33,391 bases of DNA from Candidatus Limnocylindrus sp. (GTDB taxonomy: Bacteria > Chloroflexota > Limnocylindria > Limnocylindrales > Limnocylindraceae), in assembly GCA_044341795.1 (NCBI GenBank), contig JBIIRA010000002.1, forward strand, positions 1-33,391, in the 5' to 3' direction. Of this stretch, positions 1 through 8,500 are shown one piece after another. The notes beneath the pieces were generated by a model. It saw only the letters and a program-made list of their open reading frames with translations, was not told where the DNA came from and did no database searches. The position numbers were made by a program, and so were the translations under genes. The number at the start of each line of letters is the position of its first letter. Position 1 is the stretch's first letter.

Positions 1-2
1 CG

Positions 3-95
3 GCGCTGCGTGCAGCCGCTGGACTTGCGCCACGACCAACCGGGGCGATCGTGGCGGGCCTCGGCGTGGCCGGGGACGACCGCGCGTCGGTCTGA
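3..95 (+). CDS. 3' end of an upstream CDS entering from the left edge (partial, function unknown)
   Basis: Open frame from the window edge to TGA 93-95 (...AIVAGLGVAGDDRASV*), ending 6 nt before the pyrK ATG. No recognisable motif. Confidence 0.25.
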   Translation, partial: ALRAAAGLAPRPTGAIVAGLGVAGDDRASV

Positions 96-101
96 TTCTC
101 G

Positions 102-953
102 ATGGGCAGCACGCCCGTCGCCGGTGAACTTCTTGCGATTGGCGAACTAGCCCCTGGGCGCATCTCTCTAGAGTTCCGCGCACCAAACCTGATCGCCGCA
201 CTACGTCCGGGCCACGCGCTCCACCTGGTACGCCCGGAGTCGGGCGGTTATCGTGTGCGTCGCGTCGCCCCCGTCTCGCGCGTCGACCTGCTCCGCGGCA
301 GTGTTGAGGTAGCACTGCAGCCGCGAGCCGATGGTGGCCAAGACGCACTCGCCGGGCTACGCATCGGCGAAGTCATTGAGCTGATCGGACCAATCGGTCA
401 ACCGATCCTCATCAACAAGGCCACGATGCGTCTGCTGCTCATTGCCGACGGCGAAGGGTTCGCTTGGGTTCGCGCGCTAGCGATCGCCGCAACGAGTGCC
501 GGGATCAGCGTGACGATGCTTCAGCAGGCGGAGACGGCGGCTGACCTGCCGCCAGCCAGCCTCCTCCCCGACGTCGTAGAGATTGTCGTCGCTACAAGTG
601 ATGGCAGCATCGGGCACCGCGGCACTGCCGCCGACCTGCTTGCCGAATACGCCACCTGGGCGGATCAGGCGGTCGTTGCGGGTGGCGCAGATATTCGGGC
701 CGCTGCAACATCTGCGGCCCTTCGGCGCCGCACCGCAGATCGCACCACCGCGAGTGGTAAGCCCGCGCGCACACGCACCGCGCCCGCTGGTGATCGTGCG
801 CCGTGGCTCCAGGCGCTGCTGGCACACGAGATTGGCTGTGGCATTGGCGCATGCGGCGGCTGCACCGTGGCAACACGCGCCGGCCAGGTGCGTCTCTGTC
901 GCGAAGGTCCTGCGGTAGACGCAACAGGCTCCGCATCGAAGGGTGGTGCATAA
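102..953 (+). CDS. pyrK: Dihydroorotate dehydrogenase electron-transfer subunit (PyrK-like, FNR fold with C-terminal 2Fe-2S)
   Basis: C-terminal cluster motif CGIGACGGC...RLCREGP has the same spacing as PyrK (C-x4-C-x2-C...C). The gene abuts pyrD. The flavin/NAD motifs are diverged. Confidence 0.8.
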   Translation: MGSTPVAGELLAIGELAPGRISLEFRAPNLIAALRPGHALHLVRPESGGYRVRRVAPVSRVDLLRGSVEVALQPRADGGQDALAGLRIGEVIELIGPIGQPILINKATMRLLLIADGEGFAWVRALAIAATSAGISVTMLQQAETAADLPPASLLPDVVEIVVATSDGSIGHRGTAADLLAEYATWADQAVVAGGADIRAAATSAALRRRTADRTTASGKPARTRTAPAGDRAPWLQALLAHEIGCGIGACGGCTVATRAGQVRLCREGPAVDATGSASKGGA

Positions 954-1988
954 GTGCCCCCACGCAAGCGCACAAAGGCGGCCGCGCCGCGCACGAGTCG
1001 AACCGCGCAGGTTGCGGTGCAGGCGATCGAGCGCATCAACCCGCTCACCGTTGACCTTGCCGTCACCCTTGGTACCGAGCATCCACTACGACTAGAGCGA
1101 CCGATTGTCATCGCCAGTGGGCCACTCGGCTTTGGCAACGAAGCTGGTGGCGCGATTGACCTGCGAGAGGTCGGCCTCTTTGTTGTGCGCGGCATCTCAC
1201 TGCGACCACGATTCGGTGGTCTGATGCCACGACTCGTGGAGGTACCTGGCGGTCTGATGCATGCGGTGAACCGTGAGAATCCAGGCGCTGATGAGGTGAT
1301 CGATCGACACGGTGCAAGTTGGCGCTCCGCGCCATGTGCAGTTGCCCTCTCCCTCGTCGCCTCCTCGGTGAAGGAGCTTGCACAGCTGATCGCCCGAGTG
1401 GAACGGCGCGCCGATGAGCTCGACATTGCGGCGCTTGAGATTGACCTTACCGCTCCGTGTGATGGCCTCGATGGTGGTCGATGGGAGTCTTCGGCGGATG
1501 AGTCACTACGCCTGATTGATACGGCGCGCGGTGCGACCGACCGACCACTCATTGCGAAGGTCTCGTCGGCGGCGAGTGAGCTCCGCCGCTTGGCGAGCGA
1601 GTCAATTGATGCGGGGATTGATGTGCTCTCTGTCAGTGGGTCGCCGCACGGCTTTCTCCCTGATCGCGCACGACGCGGGCCGGCCCTGGCTGCAGGGATC
1701 GGTGAACTCTCAGGGCCGCTGGTGCGCCCCGCCGCACTCGCAGCAATCGCTGAGGCGGCGAGCGGTGCCGGCGCATCGATCATCGGCGGGGGAGGGATCG
1801 GCTCACCGGCCGATGCGCTTGATGCGTTCGCCGCTGGTGCAAGCGCGGTGAGTCTTGGGACGGCACTCTGGGCTGACCCGCGACTGCCTGGAGCGGTGGG
1901 CGACTCTCTGCGGCGTGCGGTGGCGGCGCGCGGCGAGACTACCGTTCTCGCGTTACGCGGGAGCGCGCTAGGCTCTCGCCATGAGTGA
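954..1988 (+). CDS. pyrD: Dihydroorotate dehydrogenase catalytic subunit (class 1B-like)
   Basis: IVIASGPLGFG, AVNRENPG, IAKVS and GGGGIGSPADALDAFAAGASAVSLGTALW match the PyrD TIM-barrel FMN motifs. The GTG at 954 directly follows the pyrK stop. The true start may be an internal GTG near 1017. Confidence 0.8.
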   Translation: MPPRKRTKAAAPRTSRTAQVAVQAIERINPLTVDLAVTLGTEHPLRLERPIVIASGPLGFGNEAGGAIDLREVGLFVVRGISLRPRFGGLMPRLVEVPGGLMHAVNRENPGADEVIDRHGASWRSAPCAVALSLVASSVKELAQLIARVERRADELDIAALEIDLTAPCDGLDGGRWESSADESLRLIDTARGATDRPLIAKVSSAASELRRLASESIDAGIDVLSVSGSPHGFLPDRARRGPALAAGIGELSGPLVRPAALAAIAEAASGAGASIIGGGGIGSPADALDAFAAGASAVSLGTALWADPRLPGAVGDSLRRAVAARGETTVLALRGSALGSRHE

Positions 1989-2691
1989 ACCACTTCGCCC
2001 TCTTCGCGAGTTACTGACACCACCCGCAGGTTACCCCGCCGCCCCTGTTGATCCGCGTGACCGTGCCGCAACAACCCAGCGAATTGAAGGACTTCTACTC
2101 GCCACCGGCGCGCTGCAACGCGGCCACTTTCTGCTCAAGAGTGGACGCCATGGCGACCAGTACCTTGAGAAGTGGTCGCTCTTGCAGCATCCCTCTGCCG
2201 CGGCAGAGATCACGCACGCACTCGCCGTGCAGAGCCTTGAACTCGTTCAGGGGCATGGCGGCGACATTGACCTCGTTGTTGGACCAACGACGGGCGGCGT
2301 GTTGCTGGCGTATGAGGTGGGCCGACTCCTTGGCGTGCGCGGCCTCTTCGCTGAGGAGGTGCGCGGCACGGATGGAGCCACGCGTCGTGAATTCCGTCGC
2401 GGCTTTCAGATTCCACCGCGCGCACGCGTCCTCTTGGTTGACGACATTCTGACGACGGGCGGGTCACTCCAGGCGCTCCTCCCGCCGCTCTATGCCGCGG
2501 GCGCACATCCGATCGCCGCCGCCGTGGTCGCAAGTCGCACGCCGGGACTCACCGCAATTGAGGCAGAGGGTCGCGAGCCAATCCCGCTCATCGCTGGAAT
2601 CACACTGGACCTGCCGACGTATGAGCCAGCCGACTGTCCACTCTGTGCGGCGGGGGAGCCGATCGGCGCCCCTGGGAGCAGTGGCCGCTAG
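1981..2691 (+). CDS. pyrE: Orotate phosphoribosyltransferase (long form with C-terminal CPLC tail)
   Basis: PRPP-binding loop VLLVDDILTTGGSL. The ATG overlaps the pyrD stop (ATGAGTGA). Confidence 0.9.
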   Translation: MSEPLRPLRELLTPPAGYPAAPVDPRDRAATTQRIEGLLLATGALQRGHFLLKSGRHGDQYLEKWSLLQHPSAAAEITHALAVQSLELVQGHGGDIDLVVGPTTGGVLLAYEVGRLLGVRGLFAEEVRGTDGATRREFRRGFQIPPRARVLLVDDILTTGGSLQALLPPLYAAGAHPIAAAVVASRTPGLTAIEAEGREPIPLIAGITLDLPTYEPADCPLCAAGEPIGAPGSSGR

Positions 2692-3660
2692 TTAGTTCGC
2701 GGCGAGTTCCGCCAGCGCAGCATCAAGCTCTTCTGGGCTCATCACTCCTTCGAGGGAGCGCAGGATGCGGCCGTCGCGTCCGACCGTGAAGATCCATGGC
2801 TCAACGGGAACCTGCCACGCCGTCACGATGCTCGTTGCCTGCAGCCCACCGCCGGGCGCGAGGACGGGAATCAGGCGCGTGCCGTTCCAGCTCATCTGAT
2901 ACGGCTCAACGTGCACGATCACGACCCCCGGATTGCGATCGGCCGCAGCCTTCAGGATCGTGAGCGTTGGCCCACACGCCTGCGAAACACAGAACGCTGG
3001 CGAGGCGAAGGCGATCAGAAATGGCGTTCCCGTTGCGAGGAGTTCCGACGCGGAGTTGGTATAGAAGTCGGCCCGCGGTTCTGGATCTGTTGAAACTCCT
3101 GCGACGCCCTGGGGGTTCGTGGCTGCGATCGGCGTCGCTACGTTTGATGCAACATCTCCAGGGCGCGGTGCAGTGCCTGTTGACTGCACGAATGAGGTGA
3201 AGCGTACGAGCACAGTTGCACCAGCGGCATCGGTCCCACTGATGACGAGTCCGATCTCACGCGCACCAACAGGGATTTCGGTTGTGCCGATGAAGAAGCC
3301 GCGCACGTCGGTGATTGCCCAAGCGAAAGGGAGCGGCGACGAAGCGGCGAGTGGTGTGCAGCCATCCGTGGTGATGTTGAAAATCTCGCTCTTGAGCGAC
3401 CAGGCGGGGGAGCCGAGTGGGAAGCTGGCGCTGTCAACGAGTCCAAGGATGAGGCGATTTGCACCAGGAGCAAGGTCACTGTTTGTCAGCATGGGGAGTG
3501 GCCCAGTGGAGCTCGCCTGACCGGCCGCTGGCCATGCGTCGATGCAGCCGTTCCTCGTACTTCCGCTACTGCTCGCGCTGGGGGAGGGGGTTGCCCCACC
3601 GCACGCAACAAGAGCGGCGCAGATGGCGACGAGAACGGCGCTCCGCAGGTAGTTCTTCAT
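2692..3660 (-). CDS. Lipoprotein with C-terminal thioredoxin-like/redoxin domain (CxxxxC)
   Basis: Signal peptide plus lipobox (LVAC|GG). Motif FLIAFASPAFCVSQACGP followed by a Trx-fold-like C-terminus. Divergent from ctaA-ctaB. Confidence 0.75.
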   Translation of the reverse strand: MKNYLRSAVLVAICAALVACGGATPSPSASSSGSTRNGCIDAWPAAGQASSTGPLPMLTNSDLAPGANRLILGLVDSASFPLGSPAWSLKSEIFNITTDGCTPLAASSPLPFAWAITDVRGFFIGTTEIPVGAREIGLVISGTDAAGATVLVRFTSFVQSTGTAPRPGDVASNVATPIAATNPQGVAGVSTDPEPRADFYTNSASELLATGTPFLIAFASPAFCVSQACGPTLTILKAAADRNPGVVIVHVEPYQMSWNGTRLIPVLAPGGGLQATSIVTAWQVPVEPWIFTVGRDGRILRSLEGVMSPEELDAALAELAAN

Positions 3661-3666
3661 GTTCCC

Positions 3667-3672
3667 ACTCTA
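3667..3672 (-). promoter_or_regulatory. -10-like hexamer TAGAGT, 6 nt upstream of ATG 3660 (leaderless candidate)
   Basis: The minus strand reads TAGAGT-gggaac-ATG. No SD is present. Confidence 0.4.
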
Positions 3673-3695
3673 TCCCACGTTTCTGAGGGTCGGCG

Positions 3696-3701
3696 TACCA
3701 T
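3696..3701 (+). promoter_or_regulatory. -10-like hexamer TACCAT, 6 nt upstream of ATG 3708 (leaderless candidate)
   Basis: TACCAT-ctacct-ATG. No SD is present. Confidence 0.45.
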
Positions 3702-3707
3702 CTACCT

Positions 3708-5531
3708 ATGAAGAGTTTCCGCGCAGCAGTACGACTTCTCCTCGGCGCCACGATTGGCCTCGTGGTGATCGGCGTCATTGTTCGCGCCACGGACTCGGGG
3801 ATGGGCTGCCCAGATTGGCCCCTCTGCTACGGGCAGTTGATTCCGCCAACCACGGATTCAGGCGACATCATTGCCTATAAGGCGTGGCTGGAGTGGATCC
3901 ATCGCGCCATCGCGGCGATGATCGGGCTGATCGTTCTGGCGGTGGTCTTCATCGGGCTGCGAAACCTGAAGGACCGCCGATCGCTGCAGGGGGCCTCGAT
4001 CGCCCTCCTCGCACTCGTCCTCTTCCAGGCCTGGCTCGGGCGCCAAACCGTTCTCGAATCTAACTCGGGGGCATCTGTGACCGCGCATCTCGCCTCGGCG
4101 ATGGCCTTCGTTGGGCTCCAGGTCTGGGTGCTTGCCCGGAGTGGCTACGCCGAGACCCTCGGCGGAATCCGCCGCGCAAGCGGAAGCGTTGTGGCTCCGA
4201 TCGTTGCCGCGGGCGCTATCTATGCACTCCTTCTCTTCGGATCAAATGTGACGGGCACCGACACAGGCCTGCTGTACCCCGACTGGCCTCTCATGGGGGG
4301 CACCCTCTTCCCGCCGATCACCGAGCTCTCGACGCCGATGATCCTGCACCGCTACGCGACGGCCATTGTTGCGCTCATCCTGATCTCAGCGCTCTGGATC
4401 GTTCGCCGCGAAAAGGGGAGCCCGGCACGTGTGCGCCAGCTGCTCACCTACGCCGCAGCCGTCTTCGCCGTGCAGTGCGTGATCGGCGCCGTGCAGATCT
4501 TCACCAAGCTCGCACCGTGGACGCAGACGCTCCATGTTGCACTCGCAACCCTTATCTGGATTCTCACCGTCGGTGCGGCCTCCATCGCGCTCCTGGAGGG
4601 GCGTTCCGCCGGCGGCTCTTCGCCTGGGGGACCTAAGCGCAACGAGCTGACACTCCGCGAGACGATCTTCGCCTACGTCGCACTGACAAAGCCCCGTATC
4701 GTTGAGTTGCTGCTCATCACCACGGTCCCAGCGATGCTCCTTGCCGCACATGGCGTTCCGCCACTCACACTGATTGCCGCAACTCTCGTAGGGGGAACCC
4801 TCAGTGCGGCAAGCGCCAATGTCTTCAACTGCATCGTTGATGCCGACATTGACGCGAAGATGGCGCGCACCGCCGCGCGCCCCCTCGTGACAGGTCGAAT
4901 CAGCATCGGCGCTGCACTCCTCTTCGCGAGCATCCTCGGCGTTGCGAGCTTCCTCTTTCTCGCGTTCACAACCACGATGATGGCGGCGTTCGTCTCACTC
5001 CTAGCCATCGCCTTCTACGTGCTCATCTACACGCTGATCCTGAAGCGATCCACCCCACAGAACATCGTGATCGGTGGTGCGGCTGGCGCACTCCCGCCGG
5101 TGATCGGTTGGGCTGCGGTGACCGGCGACATCTCGCTGGTGCCGATCCTTCTCTTCGCTCTCGTCTTCTACTGGACGCCACCACACTTCTGGGCGTTGGC
5201 CCTGCGCATTGGCCCCGACTACGCCGCGGCGGGGGTGCCGATGCTCCCCGTCACTGCAGGCCCAGCGGAAACGGCGCGACAGATCTGGCTCTATACGATC
5301 CTGCTCGTGGCGATGAGCCTGATGCTCTGGGCGGTGGCTGGGATGGGCCTCGTCTACCTAGCGGTTGCCGTCATCGGCGGCGGAATCTTTCTACTGCGCG
5401 CCTGGCGCCTGCGCAGCGATGTGCTCGGTGATGGACTGCTGCGCGGTGCAACACGCCTCTATCGATTCTCGATCAGCTACCTCACGCTCATCTTCGCCGC
5501 GATCGCGATCGACGCGATTCTCCCGCGCTGA
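3708..5531 (+). CDS. ctaA/ctaB: Fused heme A synthase (CtaA/COX15, N-terminal ~300 aa) and protoheme IX farnesyltransferase (CtaB/COX10, C-terminal ~290 aa)
   Basis: N-terminal half: GMGCPDWPLCYG plus four conserved His-containing helices (WIHRAI, TAHLAS, ILHRYA, TLHVAL). C-terminal half: UbiA-type motifs NCIVDADIDAKMARTAARPL and YWTPPHFWALA. The two halves are joined by a Gly/Ser/Pro linker at about 4595-4645. Confidence 0.9.
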   Translation: MKSFRAAVRLLLGATIGLVVIGVIVRATDSGMGCPDWPLCYGQLIPPTTDSGDIIAYKAWLEWIHRAIAAMIGLIVLAVVFIGLRNLKDRRSLQGASIALLALVLFQAWLGRQTVLESNSGASVTAHLASAMAFVGLQVWVLARSGYAETLGGIRRASGSVVAPIVAAGAIYALLLFGSNVTGTDTGLLYPDWPLMGGTLFPPITELSTPMILHRYATAIVALILISALWIVRREKGSPARVRQLLTYAAAVFAVQCVIGAVQIFTKLAPWTQTLHVALATLIWILTVGAASIALLEGRSAGGSSPGGPKRNELTLRETIFAYVALTKPRIVELLLITTVPAMLLAAHGVPPLTLIAATLVGGTLSAASANVFNCIVDADIDAKMARTAARPLVTGRISIGAALLFASILGVASFLFLAFTTTMMAAFVSLLAIAFYVLIYTLILKRSTPQNIVIGGAAGALPPVIGWAAVTGDISLVPILLFALVFYWTPPHFWALALRIGPDYAAAGVPMLPVTAGPAETARQIWLYTILLVAMSLMLWAVAGMGLVYLAVAVIGGGIFLLRAWRLRSDVLGDGLLRGATRLYRFSISYLTLIFAAIAIDAILPR

Positions 5532-5541
5532 CGGCGAGGCC

Positions 5542-6228
5542 TTAGCGCCGATCGGCTGCCGCAGCCTGTCGCTTCGCGCGGCCACCGCGATCGAGTCTGC
5601 CGAGCCAGAACTGCACCTGTGGGCCGATGGTGAAGGCGAACCAGATCGTGCCGAAGCCGAAGGTGCCGCCAAGCACGATCCCCAAAATGCCAACGACGAC
5701 CTCGATAGCGGTGCGCATCTTCCAGATCGCCTGCCCGGTGCGGTGGTGGAGCCCGGTCATCAGACCGTCACGTGGCCCCGGACCATTGCCGCTGCCGATA
5801 TAGATGCCAGATCCAATGCCGACCACTGCCGTACCAGCGATCGCCAACGCGCCAGCCAAGAGTGGCTGGGTGGCGATCTCTGCTGCTGACGGGACGCCGG
5901 CAAACGAGAGAAGGGCAATCTCTGCATTCATCACCCAACCAATGATCACGATGTTACTGAGGGTGCCGAGGCCAGGGCGCTGTCGAAGTGGGATCCAGAG
6001 CAGCAGCACGAAGATGCCGCTCAACTGCGCAGCGGTGCCGATCTGAATGCTGAGCTGTTTGCTTAGGCCCTGGTGCAAGATCTCCCACGACGGGAGGCCG
6101 ACCCCTGCGGCGAGCATCATCACGAGGCCTGTGGCGAAGACCGCCTGGCCAGCGATGGATTGCGGGAAGCGCTTCAGCGCATCGGCGGTAATCGCCTGTG
6201 AGAGCCAGTTGCTGCGCGGCGTGGTCAT
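5542..6228 (-). CDS. YczE-like integral membrane protein
   Basis: GLPSWEILHQGLSKQLSIQIGTAAQ...PGLGTLSNIVIIG resembles the YczE family. I chose the start at ATG 6228 (MTTPRSNW) because the SD AAGGGGA lies 5 nt upstream and overlaps the sua5 stop. Confidence 0.7.
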   Translation of the reverse strand: MTTPRSNWLSQAITADALKRFPQSIAGQAVFATGLVMMLAAGVGLPSWEILHQGLSKQLSIQIGTAAQLSGIFVLLLWIPLRQRPGLGTLSNIVIIGWVMNAEIALLSFAGVPSAAEIATQPLLAGALAIAGTAVVGIGSGIYIGSGNGPGPRDGLMTGLHHRTGQAIWKMRTAIEVVVGILGIVLGGTFGFGTIWFAFTIGPQVQFWLGRLDRGGRAKRQAAAADRR

Positions 6229-6238
6229 GCGGTTCCCC

Positions 6239-7300
6239 TTACTGCGGCGTGGCTGCCGCGCGGCGTAGGCGGTCCGCAATTGCCGAACCGAGGCCGCCCT
6301 CAGGATAGGGGGCGGCGATGATTTTCGCGGACGGCCCTCTCCGGCTGATCAGTACAGCCTCAAGTTCATGCAGGCGTTCAAAGAGCTGGGCGGCGGCGGC
6401 GATCGGATCCAGCGCTTCAGAGAGCGCAACACTCGCATGAACGGTTGACCCAGCCGCTGCGGCAAGCCCTTCAAGGTGCGTGAGGGTCGCGCGATCTGGT
6501 GCGAGCAGCGCGCACTCCGTAACGCCAGCTGGGAACCCAGTCGCTACCAAAATCAATGGGACTATCGGCGCGTAATGCGACTCGGTCATCCCGGGCGCTT
6601 GCAGTGGCACGCCGGGCTGAGCCGTCGGTGCAGTTGCGATGATGCCACCGTGGTCGGCGAGCACCCGTGCGAGATCTTCAAACGGGACACCGCCGTGTCG
6701 TAGGAGACGTGCCGGCCCGCCGGCATCCAGCGCGACGACACTCGACTCAACGCCGATCTCCGTCGCCTCTCCGAGGAGAACGGCGTCAATGCGCCCGTCA
6801 AGCTGTTCAAGCACATGGTCGGCGGTGGTGGGGGAGAGGCGCCCGAAACGATTTGCGCTCGGCGCAGCGATCGGCGTTCCTGCTGCGCGAATGAGCGCCA
6901 GCGCCGTTTCATGTCGTGGGAGGCGCACGCCGACCGTCTCGAGTCCGGCGCGGACTAGTCCTGGAACCTCATGGCTCGCAGCGGCAACAATCGTGAGTGC
7001 ACCTGGCCAGAAGGCATCTGCAAGGAGTTTGATGCGTGGGTCGGCGAGCGCAGCCTCGGTGAAGAGGTGGGTGAGGTCGGCGCGATCAGCGATGTGCACG
7101 ATGAGCGGGTCAAAAGTCGGGCGACCCTTCGCCTCAAAGATGCGTGCGACAGCCGGCGCATCAAACGAGTTCGCTCCGAGCCCGTAGACAGTTTCGGTGG
7201 GGAAGGCGACGAGGCCACCGGCCCGAATGATCGCCGCAGCGCGCGGCATAGATTCTGTTGCAGAGTGCGGGGTGCGCGCGGGTAGTCGTTCGGTAATCAT
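6239..7300 (-). CDS. sua5: L-threonylcarbamoyladenylate synthase (YrdC domain plus Sua5 C-terminal domain)
   Basis: GGLVAFPTETVYGLGANSFD, IFEAKGRPTFDPLIVHI and SANRFGRLSPTTA motifs. ATGA overlap with the xthA stop. Confidence 0.9.
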   Translation of the reverse strand: MITERLPARTPHSATESMPRAAAIIRAGGLVAFPTETVYGLGANSFDAPAVARIFEAKGRPTFDPLIVHIADRADLTHLFTEAALADPRIKLLADAFWPGALTIVAAASHEVPGLVRAGLETVGVRLPRHETALALIRAAGTPIAAPSANRFGRLSPTTADHVLEQLDGRIDAVLLGEATEIGVESSVVALDAGGPARLLRHGGVPFEDLARVLADHGGIIATAPTAQPGVPLQAPGMTESHYAPIVPLILVATGFPAGVTECALLAPDRATLTHLEGLAAAAGSTVHASVALSEALDPIAAAAQLFERLHELEAVLISRRGPSAKIIAAPYPEGGLGSAIADRLRRAAATPQ

Positions 7301-8121
7301 GCCTGTGGTGCCAGGTCAATCATCAGCGCGGCGTGGTCTGATGGTGACTCGCCCTTTCGCCCATCGCGATCAACGCTGCTCGTCACAATCGATCCGGCAC
7401 GAGGCTCAACAAGTAGATGGTCGATGCGCATCCCCCAGCCGCGATGAAAGGCGCCACCGCGGTAGTCCCACCAGGTGAACGGTGCGCGTTCTCCATCCGC
7501 TACGACGGCTTGCGCCGCATCCATCAGCCCTAGGCTAACGAGGGAGTTCCAGGCGTCGCGTTCGCGCGGGGTGACATGCGTTGCGCCAACGAGGGCGGCC
7601 GGATCCCACACGTCAGCATCGGTCGGAGCCACATTGAAGTCGCCTCCTAGGAGGAGTGGTGCGCTTTCAGTGATGCGATCGGCAGACCAGGCGCGCAGTG
7701 CGCCGTACCAGTGCAGCTTGGCGTGGAAGTGCGGCGCGTCGACTTCGCGTCCATTCGGCGCGTACACCGATGCAACGCGCAGCCCACCACAAACGGCGCT
7801 GATGAGGCGCGGCTCACTAAGCAAATCAGGGAGCGACTCGTCGTGGTCTTTTGGGGCGTAGTCGGCGATGCTCTCCTGCACCTCGCTGAGGCCGTGTCGC
7901 GACGCGATCAGGACCCCGTTGCGTCCGCCCGCGCCGAGAGCGGCGACCTCATACGATCGCGTCGAGAAGAGCCCTTCAGGAATCTGGGAGGGGTCGCACT
8001 TCGTCTCTTGAAGCAGCACGATGTCTGGCGCTGTGGCATCGAGCCAGGCGGCAACTCGCTCAGCGCGGGCACGAAGGCCGTTGACGTTCCAGGTGGCGAT
8101 GCGAAGGGTGCGTGCAGCCAT
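7297..8121 (-). CDS. xthA: Exodeoxyribonuclease III
   Basis: LRIATWNVNGLRAR, VLLQETK, GGDFNVAP and SDHAAL are EEP nuclease motifs. Confidence 0.9.
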   Translation of the reverse strand: MAARTLRIATWNVNGLRARAERVAAWLDATAPDIVLLQETKCDPSQIPEGLFSTRSYEVAALGAGGRNGVLIASRHGLSEVQESIADYAPKDHDESLPDLLSEPRLISAVCGGLRVASVYAPNGREVDAPHFHAKLHWYGALRAWSADRITESAPLLLGGDFNVAPTDADVWDPAALVGATHVTPRERDAWNSLVSLGLMDAAQAVVADGERAPFTWWDYRGGAFHRGWGMRIDHLLVEPRAGSIVTSSVDRDGRKGESPSDHAALMIDLAPQA

Positions 8122-8135
8122 GGGCGCCCTAGGAG

Positions 8136-8423
8136 TTAGGAGCGAGGTCCGCGCAAGATTGCGCCGATGATTCCCGCATCGAGTGGCGCGCCCGTCTCGC
8201 CGGTAGGGTCCGACTCCTCGGTAACGGGGTGCAGGCCGAGCGTGGTGAGCGCCGCAATCGCAACGGGTAGCTGCGCATCGGGAACGCCGAGGTGCAGTGA
8301 ACCGTCAGCCTCTGGTGCCCCCATGACCCCTTCAACCGCGATGCCGGCCGAAGCGAGCGCGGAGGTAACGGCGGCGAGGCTGCCGACCTTCGGGGAGACC
8401 GCAACGGTAAACCAGGCGCTCAT
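8136..8423 (-). CDS. Small ACT-domain-like protein (hypothetical)
   Basis: 95 aa. The beta-alpha-beta pattern VAVSPKVGSLAAVTSALASAGIAVEG is typical of ACT folds. It is the first gene of the apparent operon with xthA-sua5. Confidence 0.5.
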   Translation of the reverse strand: MSAWFTVAVSPKVGSLAAVTSALASAGIAVEGVMGAPEADGSLHLGVPDAQLPVAIAALTTLGLHPVTEESDPTGETGAPLDAGIIGAILRGPRS

Positions 8424-8454
8424 GCGCCAATCATAGGGGTGGAGCTGCGCCGAT

Positions 8455-8475
8455 GGGTGCGATCCGGGCGCACCC
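8455..8475 (-). terminator. GC-rich hairpin (GGGTGCG-N7-CGCACCC) downstream of the MFS gene; no U-tract
   Basis: 7-bp perfect stem in the 77-bp gap between the MFS stop (8501) and the next gene start (8423). Confidence 0.3.
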
Positions 8476-8500
8476 CCCAGAGGGGCACGCCCGGAACCAC

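Noticed and set aside
665-2074. 469-aa minus-strand ORF spanning pyrK/pyrD
   Set aside because: Arg/Ala/Ser/Pro-rich low-complexity translation with no motifs. It is fully antisense to two genes with clear family signatures. This is a typical high-GC antisense artefact.
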